Shown here in pieces: positions 9,349-19,024 of a DNA stretch of 64,000 bases. The stretch comes from an uncultured Planctomycetota bacterium (GTDB taxonomy: Bacteria; Planctomycetota; Planctomycetia; Isosphaerales; Isosphaeraceae): NCBI GenBank assembly GCA_963737655.1, contig CAVTTN010000002.1:960001-1024000 (forward strand). Direction: 5' to 3'. The notes below the pieces were generated by a model. The model was not told the DNA's origin. It did not search any database and was given only the letters and a program-made list of their open reading frames with translations. A program made the translations under genes and the position numbers. Each line of letters starts with the position of its first letter. Position 1 is the stretch's first letter.

Positions 9349-12300
9349 TCAGGGCATCCCGCCGGCCCGGACCTTCGCCAGAAGGCGATCCACATCGGCC
9401 CAGAGCGCCTCGAACCCCTTGCGATCGGCTTCCGGGAGCTTGGCCAGGGCGTCGGGGTCGCGGATCGAAGCGAGGTCGGCGTCTGTCTTCCATTGGTTTA
9501 GCGTCCAAGCGGCGCGTTGCCGGTTCTCCTTGTCCGCCGACAGGGCGAACGCCTCCCACGCCTTCATTTCCTCGCGGAGCCAGCCCAGGGCCCGGCCCCT
9601 CAGGGCGGTTCGAGCCGCCTCGTCGGGCTTCGGATCATCGATCCCCGCCCCCGAGGCCGCCAGCGATGCCGAGCACGCCGCGTTGTAGCGGAGCGGGGTC
9701 TGTCGGTCGTCGCCGAGTTTGGGGTCATGGTCGAGTGCCTCGCCCCAGAATCGCGCCGAGGCGGCGAACCGCTTCGTGTCGTACCCGAGCTGGCCGAGCT
9801 TCAGCCGCTCGGCATCGTCCTTCGGGGCGTCGTTGCCCCGGAGCAGGGCGGGGAGCCGGTCTTCCAGGGCCACCATCGAGGCGCACTCTTCGACCCACTC
9901 GGCCGAGCGATAACGCCAATCGGGCCGGACGGAGCCCAGCTCATCGCCCCGCTTCAACTCCACCAGGGCCTCGCGAATCCGGCCCTGACGGCCCAGGACG
10001 TGCCCGAGGTTGCAGTAGGCCTCGGCGAGCGTCGGGTCGAGTCCGATGGCCTCGCGGTACTCCTTCTCCGCCTCCGACTTACGGCCCGAACCGGACAGGA
10101 GGTTGCCGAGGTTGTAATGTACCAGGGCGTACTTCGGGTCGAGTCCGATGGCCTCGCGGTACTCCTTCTCCGCCTCCGACTTACGGCCCGAACCGGACAG
10201 GAGGTTGCCGAGGTTGTAGTGCGCCTGGGCGAGCGTCGGGTCGAGGCCGATGGCCTGGCGGTACTCCTTCTCCGCCTCCGCCTTGCGGCCCGAACCGAAC
10301 AGGAGGTTGCCGAGGTTGTAGTGCGCCGGGGCGTACTTCGGGTCGAGGCCGATGGCCTGGCGGTACTCCTTCTCCGCCTCCGCCAGGCGGTCCGAACCGG
10401 ACAGGAGGAGGCCAAGGTTGGAATGCGCCAGGGCGTACTTCGGGTCGAGGCCGATGGCCTGGCGGTACTCCGTCTCCGCCTCTGCCCGGCGGTCCGACTT
10501 GTACAGGGCATTACCGAGGTTGGAATGCGCCTCGGCGAGCGCCGGGTCGAGGCCGATGGCCTGGCGGTACTCCTTCTCCGCTTCCGCCAGGCGGCCCGAA
10601 CCGGACAGGAGGTTGCCGAGGTTGGAATGCGCCTCGGCGAGCGTCGGGTCGAGGCCGATGGCCTGGCGGTACTCCTTCTCCGCTTCCGCCAGGCGGCCCG
10701 ACTTGTACAGGGCGTTACCGAGGTTGGAATGCGCCAGGGCGTCCCTCGGGTCGAGTCCGATGGCCTCGCGGTACTCCTTCTCCGCCTCCGCCCGGCGACC
10801 CAAACCGGACAGGAGGTTGCCGAGATTGTAGTGCGTTTTGTCATTCTTCGGGTCGAGGGCGATAGCCTCGCGGTACTCCTTCTCCGCCTCCGCCTGGCGG
10901 CCCGTATCGTCCAGGAGGCTGCCGAGGTTGGTGTGCGCCGGGGCGAGCTTCGGGTCGAGGCCGATGGCCTCGCGAAACTCCTTCTCCGCCTCCGCCAGCC
11001 GGCCCGAACCCGACAGGAGAGCGCCGAGGTTGGAATGTACTGGGGCGAGCTTCGGGTCGAGGGCGACGGCCTCGCGCAACTCCTTCTCCGCCTCCGCCTT
11101 GCGGCCCGAACCGGACAGGAGGAGACCGAGGTTCCAGTGAACGCCGGGGCTCTGCGGTCGCAACGACACCGCCGCCGTCAAGTATCGCGCCCCCTCCTCA
11201 GGCCGCGAGGGCGACGCTTCGTGGAGAGCCATCCCGAGATCCTGATTGAGCCAGAAGTCCCCCGGACGGCGTGCCCGAGCCGCCGAGAGCAAGCCGATCG
11301 CCTCCTCGCGCATCCCCAGAGCGACCAGGGCGTCGGCCATCGCGACGGCCGCGGCCGGCGAGAGGCGACGGGCGGCTTCGTCGGTCGTCAGCCTCGCGAG
11401 CGTCGCCCGGTCTCCCGAGCGGATCGCCCGCCGGATCGGGTTGTTCACCGGGTCGATCCCCTCCACCACCGCGATCAGATCGGCGCGGATCGGCGCGGCC
11501 GTGGTCGAGGCGCTCCAGTCGTCCAGGGCCCCGGCGATCCGCGGGGCCTCGGCCGAGCCGGACAGCCGGGCGACGATCTCCGCCGCCGGACGATCCCCCG
11601 GAGACAGGCTCGCCTCGCGGAACGCCTCGGCGTAGGCGGCGATCTTGGCGTCGCCATCGTAGCCTCCGTTCTTGACGGCGGCGCCGCGGAGGCGGGCCTC
11701 GTCCAGGCGATCGGCCAGGCGGCGGTCGGCCTCGGCCCTTTGGGCGTCGGCCAGGGTCGCGGCGACCCGGGAGGCCAGATCGGCCCGCACCGGTCGGCCG
11801 GTCATGGCCTCGTGGGCGCCCTCGGCGGCCCTCAGGGCCCGGGGCCAGGCGTTGGTGTCCTCGGGACCCGACCGGCGGGCCTCGTCCCTCGCGGATTCGG
11901 CCCGGGCCAGGGCGTCGCCGATGATCCGGTCGGCCTCGGCGAGCTTCGCCTGACGGTCGAGCCGGAAGGCCAGGAACGAGCCCCCGCCGACCGCCCCGGC
12001 CAGGATGACGGCCGCCGCCAGGGCCGCCGTCAGCTTCCGCTTCGCTCGCTCCGCCACGGCCCTCGCGGCGGCTTCGGCCCGGGCGATCTCGGCCTTGCGG
12101 AGGCGGTCCTGGACGCCCGCCAGGTGATCCGCCACCGCCAGGGCCACGCCCGAGGCGTCCCGGGGCCGGTCCTCGGGTTCCCGGGCCAGGCATTTTTTGG
12201 CGAGGGCGACGAGCTCCGGGTCGGCCCCGCAGGCGCCGAGCCGGGCCAGGGCGTCGGAGATGTCGGCGAACTCGGCCTTGCGCATCACCTCGGCCCCGTT

Positions 12301-13170
12301 CCGGCCGGTGTAGGCGGGCGAGCCGGTCAGGACCTCGCAGAGGATCGCGCCGAGGCCGAAGACGTCGGCCCGCTCGTCGGTCCGATCGACCTCGCCCCGG
12401 GCCTGCTCCGGGGCCATGTAGGCGGGCGTCCCCATCTTCGAACCGGCCGAGGTGGCGTCGCTTTCCGAGCCGGTCCGGGCCGTCTCGATCAGGCTCGGGG
12501 CCGCCTCGGTCTCGGCCGGGGCGACGTCCGAGGAATCTCCGCCCCCGAGCACCTTGGCGAGGCCCCAGTCCATCACCTGGACCTCGCCGAAGGCGCCCAC
12601 CATCACGTTCGGCGGCTTCAAATCGCGGTGGATCACCCGCTTCGAGTGGGCGTAGGCGACCGTCTGCGCGATCTGGTGGAAGACCCCCACGAACCGGGGG
12701 AGGTCGTCGGCCGGCGAGGACCGCTCCTTGAGCAGCGCCGAGAGCGTCCGCCCCTTCACCAGCTTCATGGCGAAGAACGGGCGGTCGTCGGGAAACACGC
12801 CGAGGTCGTAGATCGGGACGATCCCGGGGTGCTGCAACTGGCCGCCGATCTGGGCCTCCTCGAAGAAGCGGCGGAGGACCTCGGGATTGTCGCGGAACCG
12901 CTCCAAAAGGACCTTGATGGCCAGCTCGCGATTGAGTTCGGGGTCGCGGCCGCGGAGGACGGCGCCCATGCCGCCCCGGGCGATCTCGTCGAGGATCTCG
13001 TAGCGGCCCGCCGAGGCGGTCGGGCCGGGAGGACCGGCGGCGGCCTCCGGCGAGTCGTCGGGGAGGCGGACGGCGGGGGCGGTCGTCCCGGAGGGGGCGA
13101 CGACGGCCCAGGTGCTCGGCGCCGTCCCGGGGGGCGTGGTCTCGTCCAGGTTGGGCGTGAGGTCGCTCAT
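9349..13170 (-). CDS. Ser/Thr protein kinase with TM segment and TPR array
   Basis: GGMG.V, AIK, HRDLKPPN, DWGLAK, GTPAYMAPE; about 11 TPRs; C-terminal RYNAAC. Confidence 0.93.
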   Translation of the reverse strand: MSDLTPNLDETTPPGTAPSTWAVVAPSGTTAPAVRLPDDSPEAAAGPPGPTASAGRYEILDEIARGGMGAVLRGRDPELNRELAIKVLLERFRDNPEVLRRFFEEAQIGGQLQHPGIVPIYDLGVFPDDRPFFAMKLVKGRTLSALLKERSSPADDLPRFVGVFHQIAQTVAYAHSKRVIHRDLKPPNVMVGAFGEVQVMDWGLAKVLGGGDSSDVAPAETEAAPSLIETARTGSESDATSAGSKMGTPAYMAPEQARGEVDRTDERADVFGLGAILCEVLTGSPAYTGRNGAEVMRKAEFADISDALARLGACGADPELVALAKKCLAREPEDRPRDASGVALAVADHLAGVQDRLRKAEIARAEAAARAVAERAKRKLTAALAAAVILAGAVGGGSFLAFRLDRQAKLAEADRIIGDALARAESARDEARRSGPEDTNAWPRALRAAEGAHEAMTGRPVRADLASRVAATLADAQRAEADRRLADRLDEARLRGAAVKNGGYDGDAKIAAYAEAFREASLSPGDRPAAEIVARLSGSAEAPRIAGALDDWSASTTAAPIRADLIAVVEGIDPVNNPIRRAIRSGDRATLARLTTDEAARRLSPAAAVAMADALVALGMREEAIGLLSAARARRPGDFWLNQDLGMALHEASPSRPEEGARYLTAAVSLRPQSPGVHWNLGLLLSGSGRKAEAEKELREAVALDPKLAPVHSNLGALLSGSGRLAEAEKEFREAIGLDPKLAPAHTNLGSLLDDTGRQAEAEKEYREAIALDPKNDKTHYNLGNLLSGLGRRAEAEKEYREAIGLDPRDALAHSNLGNALYKSGRLAEAEKEYRQAIGLDPTLAEAHSNLGNLLSGSGRLAEAEKEYRQAIGLDPALAEAHSNLGNALYKSDRRAEAETEYRQAIGLDPKYALAHSNLGLLLSGSDRLAEAEKEYRQAIGLDPKYAPAHYNLGNLLFGSGRKAEAEKEYRQAIGLDPTLAQAHYNLGNLLSGSGRKSEAEKEYREAIGLDPKYALVHYNLGNLLSGSGRKSEAEKEYREAIGLDPTLAEAYCNLGHVLGRQGRIREALVELKRGDELGSVRPDWRYRSAEWVEECASMVALEDRLPALLRGNDAPKDDAERLKLGQLGYDTKRFAASARFWGEALDHDPKLGDDRQTPLRYNAACSASLAASGAGIDDPKPDEAARTALRGRALGWLREEMKAWEAFALSADKENRQRAAWTLNQWKTDADLASIRDPDALAKLPEADRKGFEALWADVDRLLAKVRAGGMP
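9960..11140 (-). repeat. 102-bp tandem TPR-coding repeats
   Basis: CGGGTCGAG recurs every 102 bp from 10033 to 11053. Confidence 0.9.
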
Positions 13171-13375
13171 CGAAGATCGTTCCCGGGGACCGCGAATCGC
13201 ACCGTCGCGAGGCTCCGCCTCCATGAGATCAGATCCCCCGGGCCGGCGAAAGCGCCGATTGGCGGGCCCAGACGGCCGGACGTGCCTCCCCGGGGGCGAC
13301 TGACCTTGCCAAAAGCCGTTCCTGGCAAGATCATCGAATGGGGATCGGGACGAATCGGGGCCGGAGTCGCCAGAG

Positions 13376-14269
13376 ATGCGTTGGAACGACCGGGTTTATG
13401 GCGACGTGAGCATCGACGACCCCGACATCCTCGCCCTCGTCCGCTGCCCCACGTTCCAGAGGCTCAAGGGCATCCGCCAGGCCGGCCCCTCGGCGTTCGC
13501 CTTCCCGTTCAAGACCGTCACCCGTTTCGAGCACAGCCTGGGCGTCTATTTGCTCCTGACCCGCCTCGGCGCCGACCGCCGCGAGCGGGTCGCGGGGCTT
13601 CTTCATGATATTTCGCATACCGCATTCTCTCATGCGGTCGATTTTTTGTTCTACTCACATGAGCAGGACTATCACGAGAAGCTCAAGCCCGAGTTCCTCG
13701 GCAGGCCGGACGTCGCCTCCGCCCTGGCGAGGATGGGCTATGAGCCTCGCGAATTCTTCGATGACTCGATCTATCCCCTGCTGGAGAGGCCGCTGCCCCT
13801 CCTGTGCGCCGACCGCCTCGATTACTTCTTCCGCGACAGCCTGGCGTGCGGGGTTTCCTCGCCGGAGACCGTGGCGCGAGGGCTGGCGTCGCTGACCGTC
13901 GTGGACGACCTCGTCGCCTTCAACGACGTCGCCGCGGCCCGGGATGCCGTGGCGCGATTCGCCGAGATGAACCGGCAGTTCTGGGCCGGCGACGTCGAGG
14001 CGTTCATCTACAACGAGTTCGCCGACGCCCTCCGAGAAGGCTTCGCCGCCGGGGCCCTTCGCGAGGGCGACCTCCTCCAGGACGACGCCCACGTCCTGTC
14101 CCGCCTCCGCGCCTCGGGCCGCCCCCGGATCGTCGAGGCCCTGCACCACATCGAGCATTACCACCCCGAATATCTTCGAGGTTTCGTCCCCAAGGTGATC
14201 CCCAAGACCCGCTGGCTCGACCCGCCCATCGCCCGTCTCGGCCGCGCCATCCCCCTCTCCGAACTCTGA
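13376..14269 (+). CDS. HD-domain phosphohydrolase
   Basis: FQRLKGIRQ, TRFEHSLG, LLHDISH, CADRLDY. Confidence 0.9.
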   Translation: MRWNDRVYGDVSIDDPDILALVRCPTFQRLKGIRQAGPSAFAFPFKTVTRFEHSLGVYLLLTRLGADRRERVAGLLHDISHTAFSHAVDFLFYSHEQDYHEKLKPEFLGRPDVASALARMGYEPREFFDDSIYPLLERPLPLLCADRLDYFFRDSLACGVSSPETVARGLASLTVVDDLVAFNDVAAARDAVARFAEMNRQFWAGDVEAFIYNEFADALREGFAAGALREGDLLQDDAHVLSRLRASGRPRIVEALHHIEHYHPEYLRGFVPKVIPKTRWLDPPIARLGRAIPLSEL

Positions 14270-14343
14270 TCCCCGGCCGCATCTTCAAGCCATTTCGAAA
14301 TTTGCATCAAATCGCCAAATCCGGCGTCAGGCGGATTTTTTCA

Positions 14344-14371
14344 TTGACCTCATACTGGTCAAAGGTATACT
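14344..14371 (+). promoter_or_regulatory. Near-consensus sigma70 promoter with overlapping inverted repeat
   Basis: TTGACC-N16-TATACT; TTGACC-N7-GGTCAA at 14344-14362. Confidence 0.7.
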
Positions 14372-14408
14372 AAACCCCGGAAGGAATCCTCCGGGGAGGG
14401 CGAGCGTC

Positions 14409-14675
14409 ATGCGAAGCGTGCTCACCAGTCGAATCGACGAGGTCATCGTGATCGGGGGCGGGTCGGCGGTGGTCAGCCTGACCAACGGCCTGTCGTGGAG
14501 GGCGGAGGCCGACGACCCGATCGACTCGCCCGAGGGCGGGGCGACGCTGTACCACGACGGCCTCCGCTTCTTCCTCGAGGCGGAGGGATGGGCCGAGCCG
14601 GTGGAGGTCCAGCTCGTGGCCTGCCGGCGGAAGGTCTGGGAGGAGGCCGCCCGGGCCCTGGCCTCTCGGGCCTGA
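14409..14675 (+). CDS. Hypothetical protein (88 aa)
   Basis: SD GGAGG and strong promoter upstream; coding-like codon use. Confidence 0.7.
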   Translation: MRSVLTSRIDEVIVIGGGSAVVSLTNGLSWRAEADDPIDSPEGGATLYHDGLRFFLEAEGWAEPVEVQLVACRRKVWEEAARALASRA

Positions 14676-14698
14676 AACCCATCCGGGAACCGGGCCGC

Positions 14699-14878
14699 TC
14701 AGGGGGAGGCCTCCTCCAGGGCGAGCAGGCAGCCGTGACACTCGGCGGGGTGGTCCGGCCGATGGCGGGGTTCCGGCCCGGGGTCGGCCCCCGCGAACCT
14801 CGCCCAGAGGGCCAGGGCCGACACGATCAGGGCCAAGGCCCAGAACGGATGCATCAGGAGCTCAGCGGCCCGCTTCAT
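14699..14878 (-). CDS. 59-aa membrane/secreted peptide with His and CxxC motif (below ORF-track cutoff)
   Basis: Hand translation MKRAAELLMHPFWALALIVSALALWARFAGADPGPEPRHRPDHPAECHGCLLALEEASP; SD GAGGAG. Confidence 0.6.
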   Translation of the reverse strand: MKRAAELLMHPFWALALIVSALALWARFAGADPGPEPRHRPDHPAECHGCLLALEEASP

Positions 14879-14986
14879 TGGGAACCCTCCTCGAACGTCG
14901 CCCTCCCCTTCACGGTTCCTTCATCGATCTTGCGCGGAACCTTCATCCGCGTCAATCGCGAAGTGCGCGGGTCGATCGGAGGCCGA

Positions 14987-16846
14987 TCAGGGGGGCGTGG
15001 CCCTCCGGGTGACCGGGCCGTAGAGGCGGGCGTGGGCCGGGGCGTTCAGCGGGAGTTTGGCCCGGACCGCCGGGATGCCGTGCACGCCGGACTTGCGATA
15101 GAAGGCGTCCTTGACGGTCCCGTAATCGGCGTAGAAGTCCAGGTGTTTCGTCGGGCTGAACCCGACGGCGAAGATCTCGCCGGTCGGGTCGAAATCGTAG
15201 ACGATCTCGGGCAGGCCCTTCGCCTTCGATTCGTCGATGTCCGCTTCGCTGGCGCCCACCTGGGTGGGATTCTTGTAGGAGCGGCGGGCCGGGTGGCTGT
15301 GGAATCGCGCCACGGTGTACACCGCCCCGCCGAGGAAGGCGCGGATGTCGGCCGCCTCCGGCGAGTCGCCCGGGATCGTGATCGAGACGTCGGACCCTCC
15401 CCCGCCGGATTTCAGAGGGCGGGAGTTCGAGGCGAGCGGCCCGGCCTGGTACTGGCCGGATCGCGAGTCGAACTGGACGGCGAACCCGTTCTCGAACGCC
15501 CGGGAGTGGTCCTTGCCGCTGGCCTGAATCGCCGACTGCGCGGCCGAATTCATCGCCGAGACGATGCTCGGGTCGTTCAGGACGTCCTGGCCTCCGGGGA
15601 ACTGGACCGTCAGGGGCAGGCTCGCCGGGGAGGCCGTGGCGAACGAGGTCCCGCCGACCTCCAGCACGCCGCGGACCTGGAACGTCCCGGCGAGCTTCGG
15701 GGTGATCGGGAACTGGCCGTCGGAGCTGCTGGCGATCGTGGTCCAGTCGGCGTCCTGGGCGCGCTTGACCTGGAGGTCGAACAGCGGGTCGGCCGGGGTG
15801 TAGGACGTGGTCACGGTGTACGAGACCGCCTGATTCAAGGTCACGACGGCGGGGCCTCCGGAGATCGAGACGACGGGCAGGGGGAGGGCCTGGAAGTTGT
15901 TCGCCTCGTCGGCTTCCAGGACGTGGCCCCTCGGGTTGGCGGGGTCCGGTGGGTCGGCCATCGCGAGGAGATAGGCCGCCGAGACCTCCGAGGGGAGGTC
16001 CAGGGAGAACTCGCCGGAGGTGTTGGCGCTCGGGGAGAACACGTCCCCGCCGATCGGGAAATCCGAGTCGTCCAGGGTCGCGTCGGCCGAGGCGTAGAGC
16101 GCCACCGGGAACGTCCCGGGATCGCCGGTGATCGAGTACCGGGCGGAGACGGTGCCGTCGGGGTTCAGGCCGATCCCGGTCAGGGCGATGTCGGTCTCGG
16201 CGACCCGGCCGAAGAAGTCGATCGGGGCGGACTTCCCCTCCGGGACCGTGACCGAGCGGGTGGGATGGAACCCCGAGCCATCGACCGTCCCGAACCCGAG
16301 GACGTCGAGCGTGGCCGCCGCCCCGTCGGCCGTGGTGAAGCTGGCGGAGGAGGGGGACGTGCTATAAAGATAGATCGAATCGGAGCTGGCGTCGGGGTCG
16401 TCGTCGATGTTGTCGGTCGTCGAGACGTCGATCTCGGTCGAGACGTGCCGGGCCTGGCCGCCGATCGTCGCGGCGAGGTCGAGCGTCACCGAATCAATCG
16501 ACGTATCGCTTTGGGTCGTCCCGTTGAAGTAGGTGAGCGTGCCGAGCCGGACGATCGCGCCGGGGGCCGCCGAGGAGGCCTCGGCGCGGAACGAGAATCG
16601 GCTCTGGGCGCCGCCATCGGCGGCTTTTCCCCAGGAGAAGTCGGGCGTGTCCTGGCCGGAGAAGACGGCCGACGAGGGCGAGGGTTCGCGGAAGGCCGAC
16701 GTGACGCCAACGGCCACGGGTCTCGCGGCGAGAAGGCACCTGGGTTCCAGGGCCTCCACCCGGAGCCGGGCTCGCGGGGACCTCCGATCCTTTCTCGGGC
16801 CGGGACGGCGAGAGGCCGGGAATGCGTCTCCTCGCGGGTTCTTCAT
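14987..16846 (-). CDS. Secreted multidomain protein with C-terminal JAB/MPN-like domain
   Basis: N-terminal RLRVEALEPRCLLA; beta-rich middle; ENGF...FHSHP...GASEAD. Confidence 0.75.
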   Translation of the reverse strand: MKNPRGDAFPASRRPGPRKDRRSPRARLRVEALEPRCLLAARPVAVGVTSAFREPSPSSAVFSGQDTPDFSWGKAADGGAQSRFSFRAEASSAAPGAIVRLGTLTYFNGTTQSDTSIDSVTLDLAATIGGQARHVSTEIDVSTTDNIDDDPDASSDSIYLYSTSPSSASFTTADGAAATLDVLGFGTVDGSGFHPTRSVTVPEGKSAPIDFFGRVAETDIALTGIGLNPDGTVSARYSITGDPGTFPVALYASADATLDDSDFPIGGDVFSPSANTSGEFSLDLPSEVSAAYLLAMADPPDPANPRGHVLEADEANNFQALPLPVVSISGGPAVVTLNQAVSYTVTTSYTPADPLFDLQVKRAQDADWTTIASSSDGQFPITPKLAGTFQVRGVLEVGGTSFATASPASLPLTVQFPGGQDVLNDPSIVSAMNSAAQSAIQASGKDHSRAFENGFAVQFDSRSGQYQAGPLASNSRPLKSGGGGSDVSITIPGDSPEAADIRAFLGGAVYTVARFHSHPARRSYKNPTQVGASEADIDESKAKGLPEIVYDFDPTGEIFAVGFSPTKHLDFYADYGTVKDAFYRKSGVHGIPAVRAKLPLNAPAHARLYGPVTRRATPP

Positions 16847-17020
16847 CGGCTCGCATCCTCCGGGGGGGGGCCGGGCCGGAGCGACCGGACCCGGCGCGGG
16901 TGGCGCGCACGGCGATCGACGACGCCCCGGGCCCCGGAGTGCCCCGGGACGCCCGGCCGACGAGGACCGATCGTTCCTCTTACGAGGGCCCAGCGGGCCA
17001 TCCCGGAAAATGGTCCGAAT

Positions 17021-18230
17021 TCACCGCGGGGGCGCCGCCCCGGGACCGGACGCGCGGAAGGACTCGGTCATCTCGCGGTCCTCGGTCAGGCCCCGGAGCC
17101 TTCCCGCCTTCTCGATCATGGCATCGGCCGAGTCGCGGAACGGGTCGATCGGGTCGAGGGGCCTGTCGGCGCGGACCCAGCCCCACATCCCGCCTCCGCC
17201 GTCCTTCATGGCGGTCTTGTACGTCCAGACCGTCCAGGAGAGGCCGCGGCGGTCCATCTCGGCGATCAGCTTGCCGAGGGTCTGGGGAGAGCCGTGAGGC
17301 TCTTGCTGGAACTCCCCGGCGAGGAACGGGGCCTCTCGGCTCTTGCTCACCTTCTCGGCCGCCTCGGCGAACCCGAGGCCCCCCTTGACCTGGTCGTCGG
17401 CCGATTTGGCGTCGAACCGGTAATGGTGGCCGCTGAGGACCACGTTCGTCCAGCCGGCGAGCTTCGGGCGAGGGAAGGTTTCGAGGCCCTTGTAGCCGTC
17501 CTCGATGACGACCAGGTGGTTGGGATCGACGGCACGGACGGCCCGGTAGACGCGGTCCTGGACGAGGTAGAGGCTCGCGGGGTCGGGCGTGCCCATCGGC
17601 TCGTTCATGAGGTCATAGGCGGCGACCTCGGGGCGGTCCCTGTATCGGGCCGCGATCCGGGCCCAGACGGCGGCGGTCTCCTGGACGTGGGCGAAGTCCT
17701 TGAACAGGCGATCGACGCCGGCCTCGCCGGTGTGGTGCTCGCCGCTCTGGCGGCCGGGCGTGCCGTGGAGGTCCAGGATCGTGTAAAGGCCCTTCGCCGC
17801 CGCCCGTTCGATGGCGCGATCCAGCGGGGCGAAGCCTTCGGGCTCGTCCAGGAGGTCATAGGTGAACGGCACGCGGACGCAGTTCATCCCGGCCTCTCGG
17901 ATGCGGTCGAAATCCTCGTCGGCGATCCAGGCGTCTCGGATCGCGGCGCAGGACTCGGACGGCCTGTTCCGCCCCGAGCCTCTTCTCGACGACCTTCCAG
18001 AGAGAGGCGTGATCCCTGATCTCGGGGAGGCCCGAGCCCTCCGGCGGTTTGGTGACGAAGGGCATCATCCACATCTCCTCGACGAGCCAGCCGCCGAGGT
18101 TCGCCCCTCGGAGGGGGACCGGCTTGCCCGAGGGGTCGACGATCTTCGTCCCCTCGGCGCGGAGCCAGGGCAGGTCGGCGGCCGGGGCGAGGCCGGGGAG
18201 GCAAACCAGGGCGATCAGGAGGCGAGTCAT
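17021..18230 (-). CDS. Glycoside hydrolase family 5 (frameshift near 17950)
   Basis: Signal peptide, LRGANLGGWL, NCVRVPF, LDLHG, YDLMNEP, GEF. Confidence 0.85.
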
Positions 18231-18269
18231 GAGAGGGGTGCCCGTCCGAGGAGAGGGGAGGGGAGGGGT

Positions 18270-19004
18270 TCAGGGCCGGGCGTTCTTCCGCCGTCCCAGA
18301 TCGGCGACGAACGCGGCATGCTCGGGGGACGCGAGGCCGAGGTTCAGGGCGGCGAGCAGGGCCGCCTTGTCGTTGCGGAGGAAGGCGGACGAGTCGATCC
18401 ACAGGCCGGGGAAGACCGCCGAGCGGAACAGGCCGTCCTCGCCGGGTTCCCGGGCGACGAATCGGCCATCCACGGCTTCGAACCAATGGATCTGGCGAGC
18501 CGAGGCGTCGTGGACGACGTATTCCCGGACACCGGCGCGTTCATAGTCCCGGAACTTGGCGTGGAGGTCGATCGATCGGCTGCTCAGGGCCACCTCGACG
18601 AGCATCTCCGGGGCCCCGTAGGTGTAGTCGTCGTCCCCTTCGCCGTCTCGCGACTGGCCTCCGTAGTCCTCCAGGATCAGGAGGGCGGAGTCGGGCTGAG
18701 GCTCGCTCCTCTCTCCGAGGATCGCCGTCGTGTTGTTCTGCGCCTCGACCCCGGGCGTGGCCGCCGAGTAGACGAAGAGCAGGCCCGAGAAGCGGTTGTC
18801 CGAACGGCCGTGGCGGATCCTCAGGGGGGACATGATGTAGACGATCCCTTCGATCAGCTCGGCCCGGACGTCCGTCGGCATCCGGTGATAGCGTTCGTGG
18901 AAGGTCTTCTGGTCCATGCTCTCGCCGTTTTCGAGCGGCGGGAATCCGTCCTGGGCCCGGTAGACCCAGGCTTCGAGGGTCGTCGGATCGTCGATCGTGG
19001 CCAT
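18270..19004 (-). CDS. Uma2-family endonuclease
   Basis: AELIEG, PQPD, PEMLVEVA.SS, K..DYERAGVREY. Confidence 0.9.
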   Translation of the reverse strand: MATIDDPTTLEAWVYRAQDGFPPLENGESMDQKTFHERYHRMPTDVRAELIEGIVYIMSPLRIRHGRSDNRFSGLLFVYSAATPGVEAQNNTTAILGERSEPQPDSALLILEDYGGQSRDGEGDDDYTYGAPEMLVEVALSSRSIDLHAKFRDYERAGVREYVVHDASARQIHWFEAVDGRFVAREPGEDGLFRSAVFPGLWIDSSAFLRNDKAALLAALNLGLASPEHAAFVADLGRRKNARP

Positions 19005-19024
19005 GATTGCGCCCCCTCGGTGCC

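Noticed and set aside
9517..13608. Long antisense or alternate-frame ORFs (e.g. 9517-13608, 14495-18019, 40455-43250)
   Set aside because: Shadows of real genes expected at this GC content; no recognisable motifs
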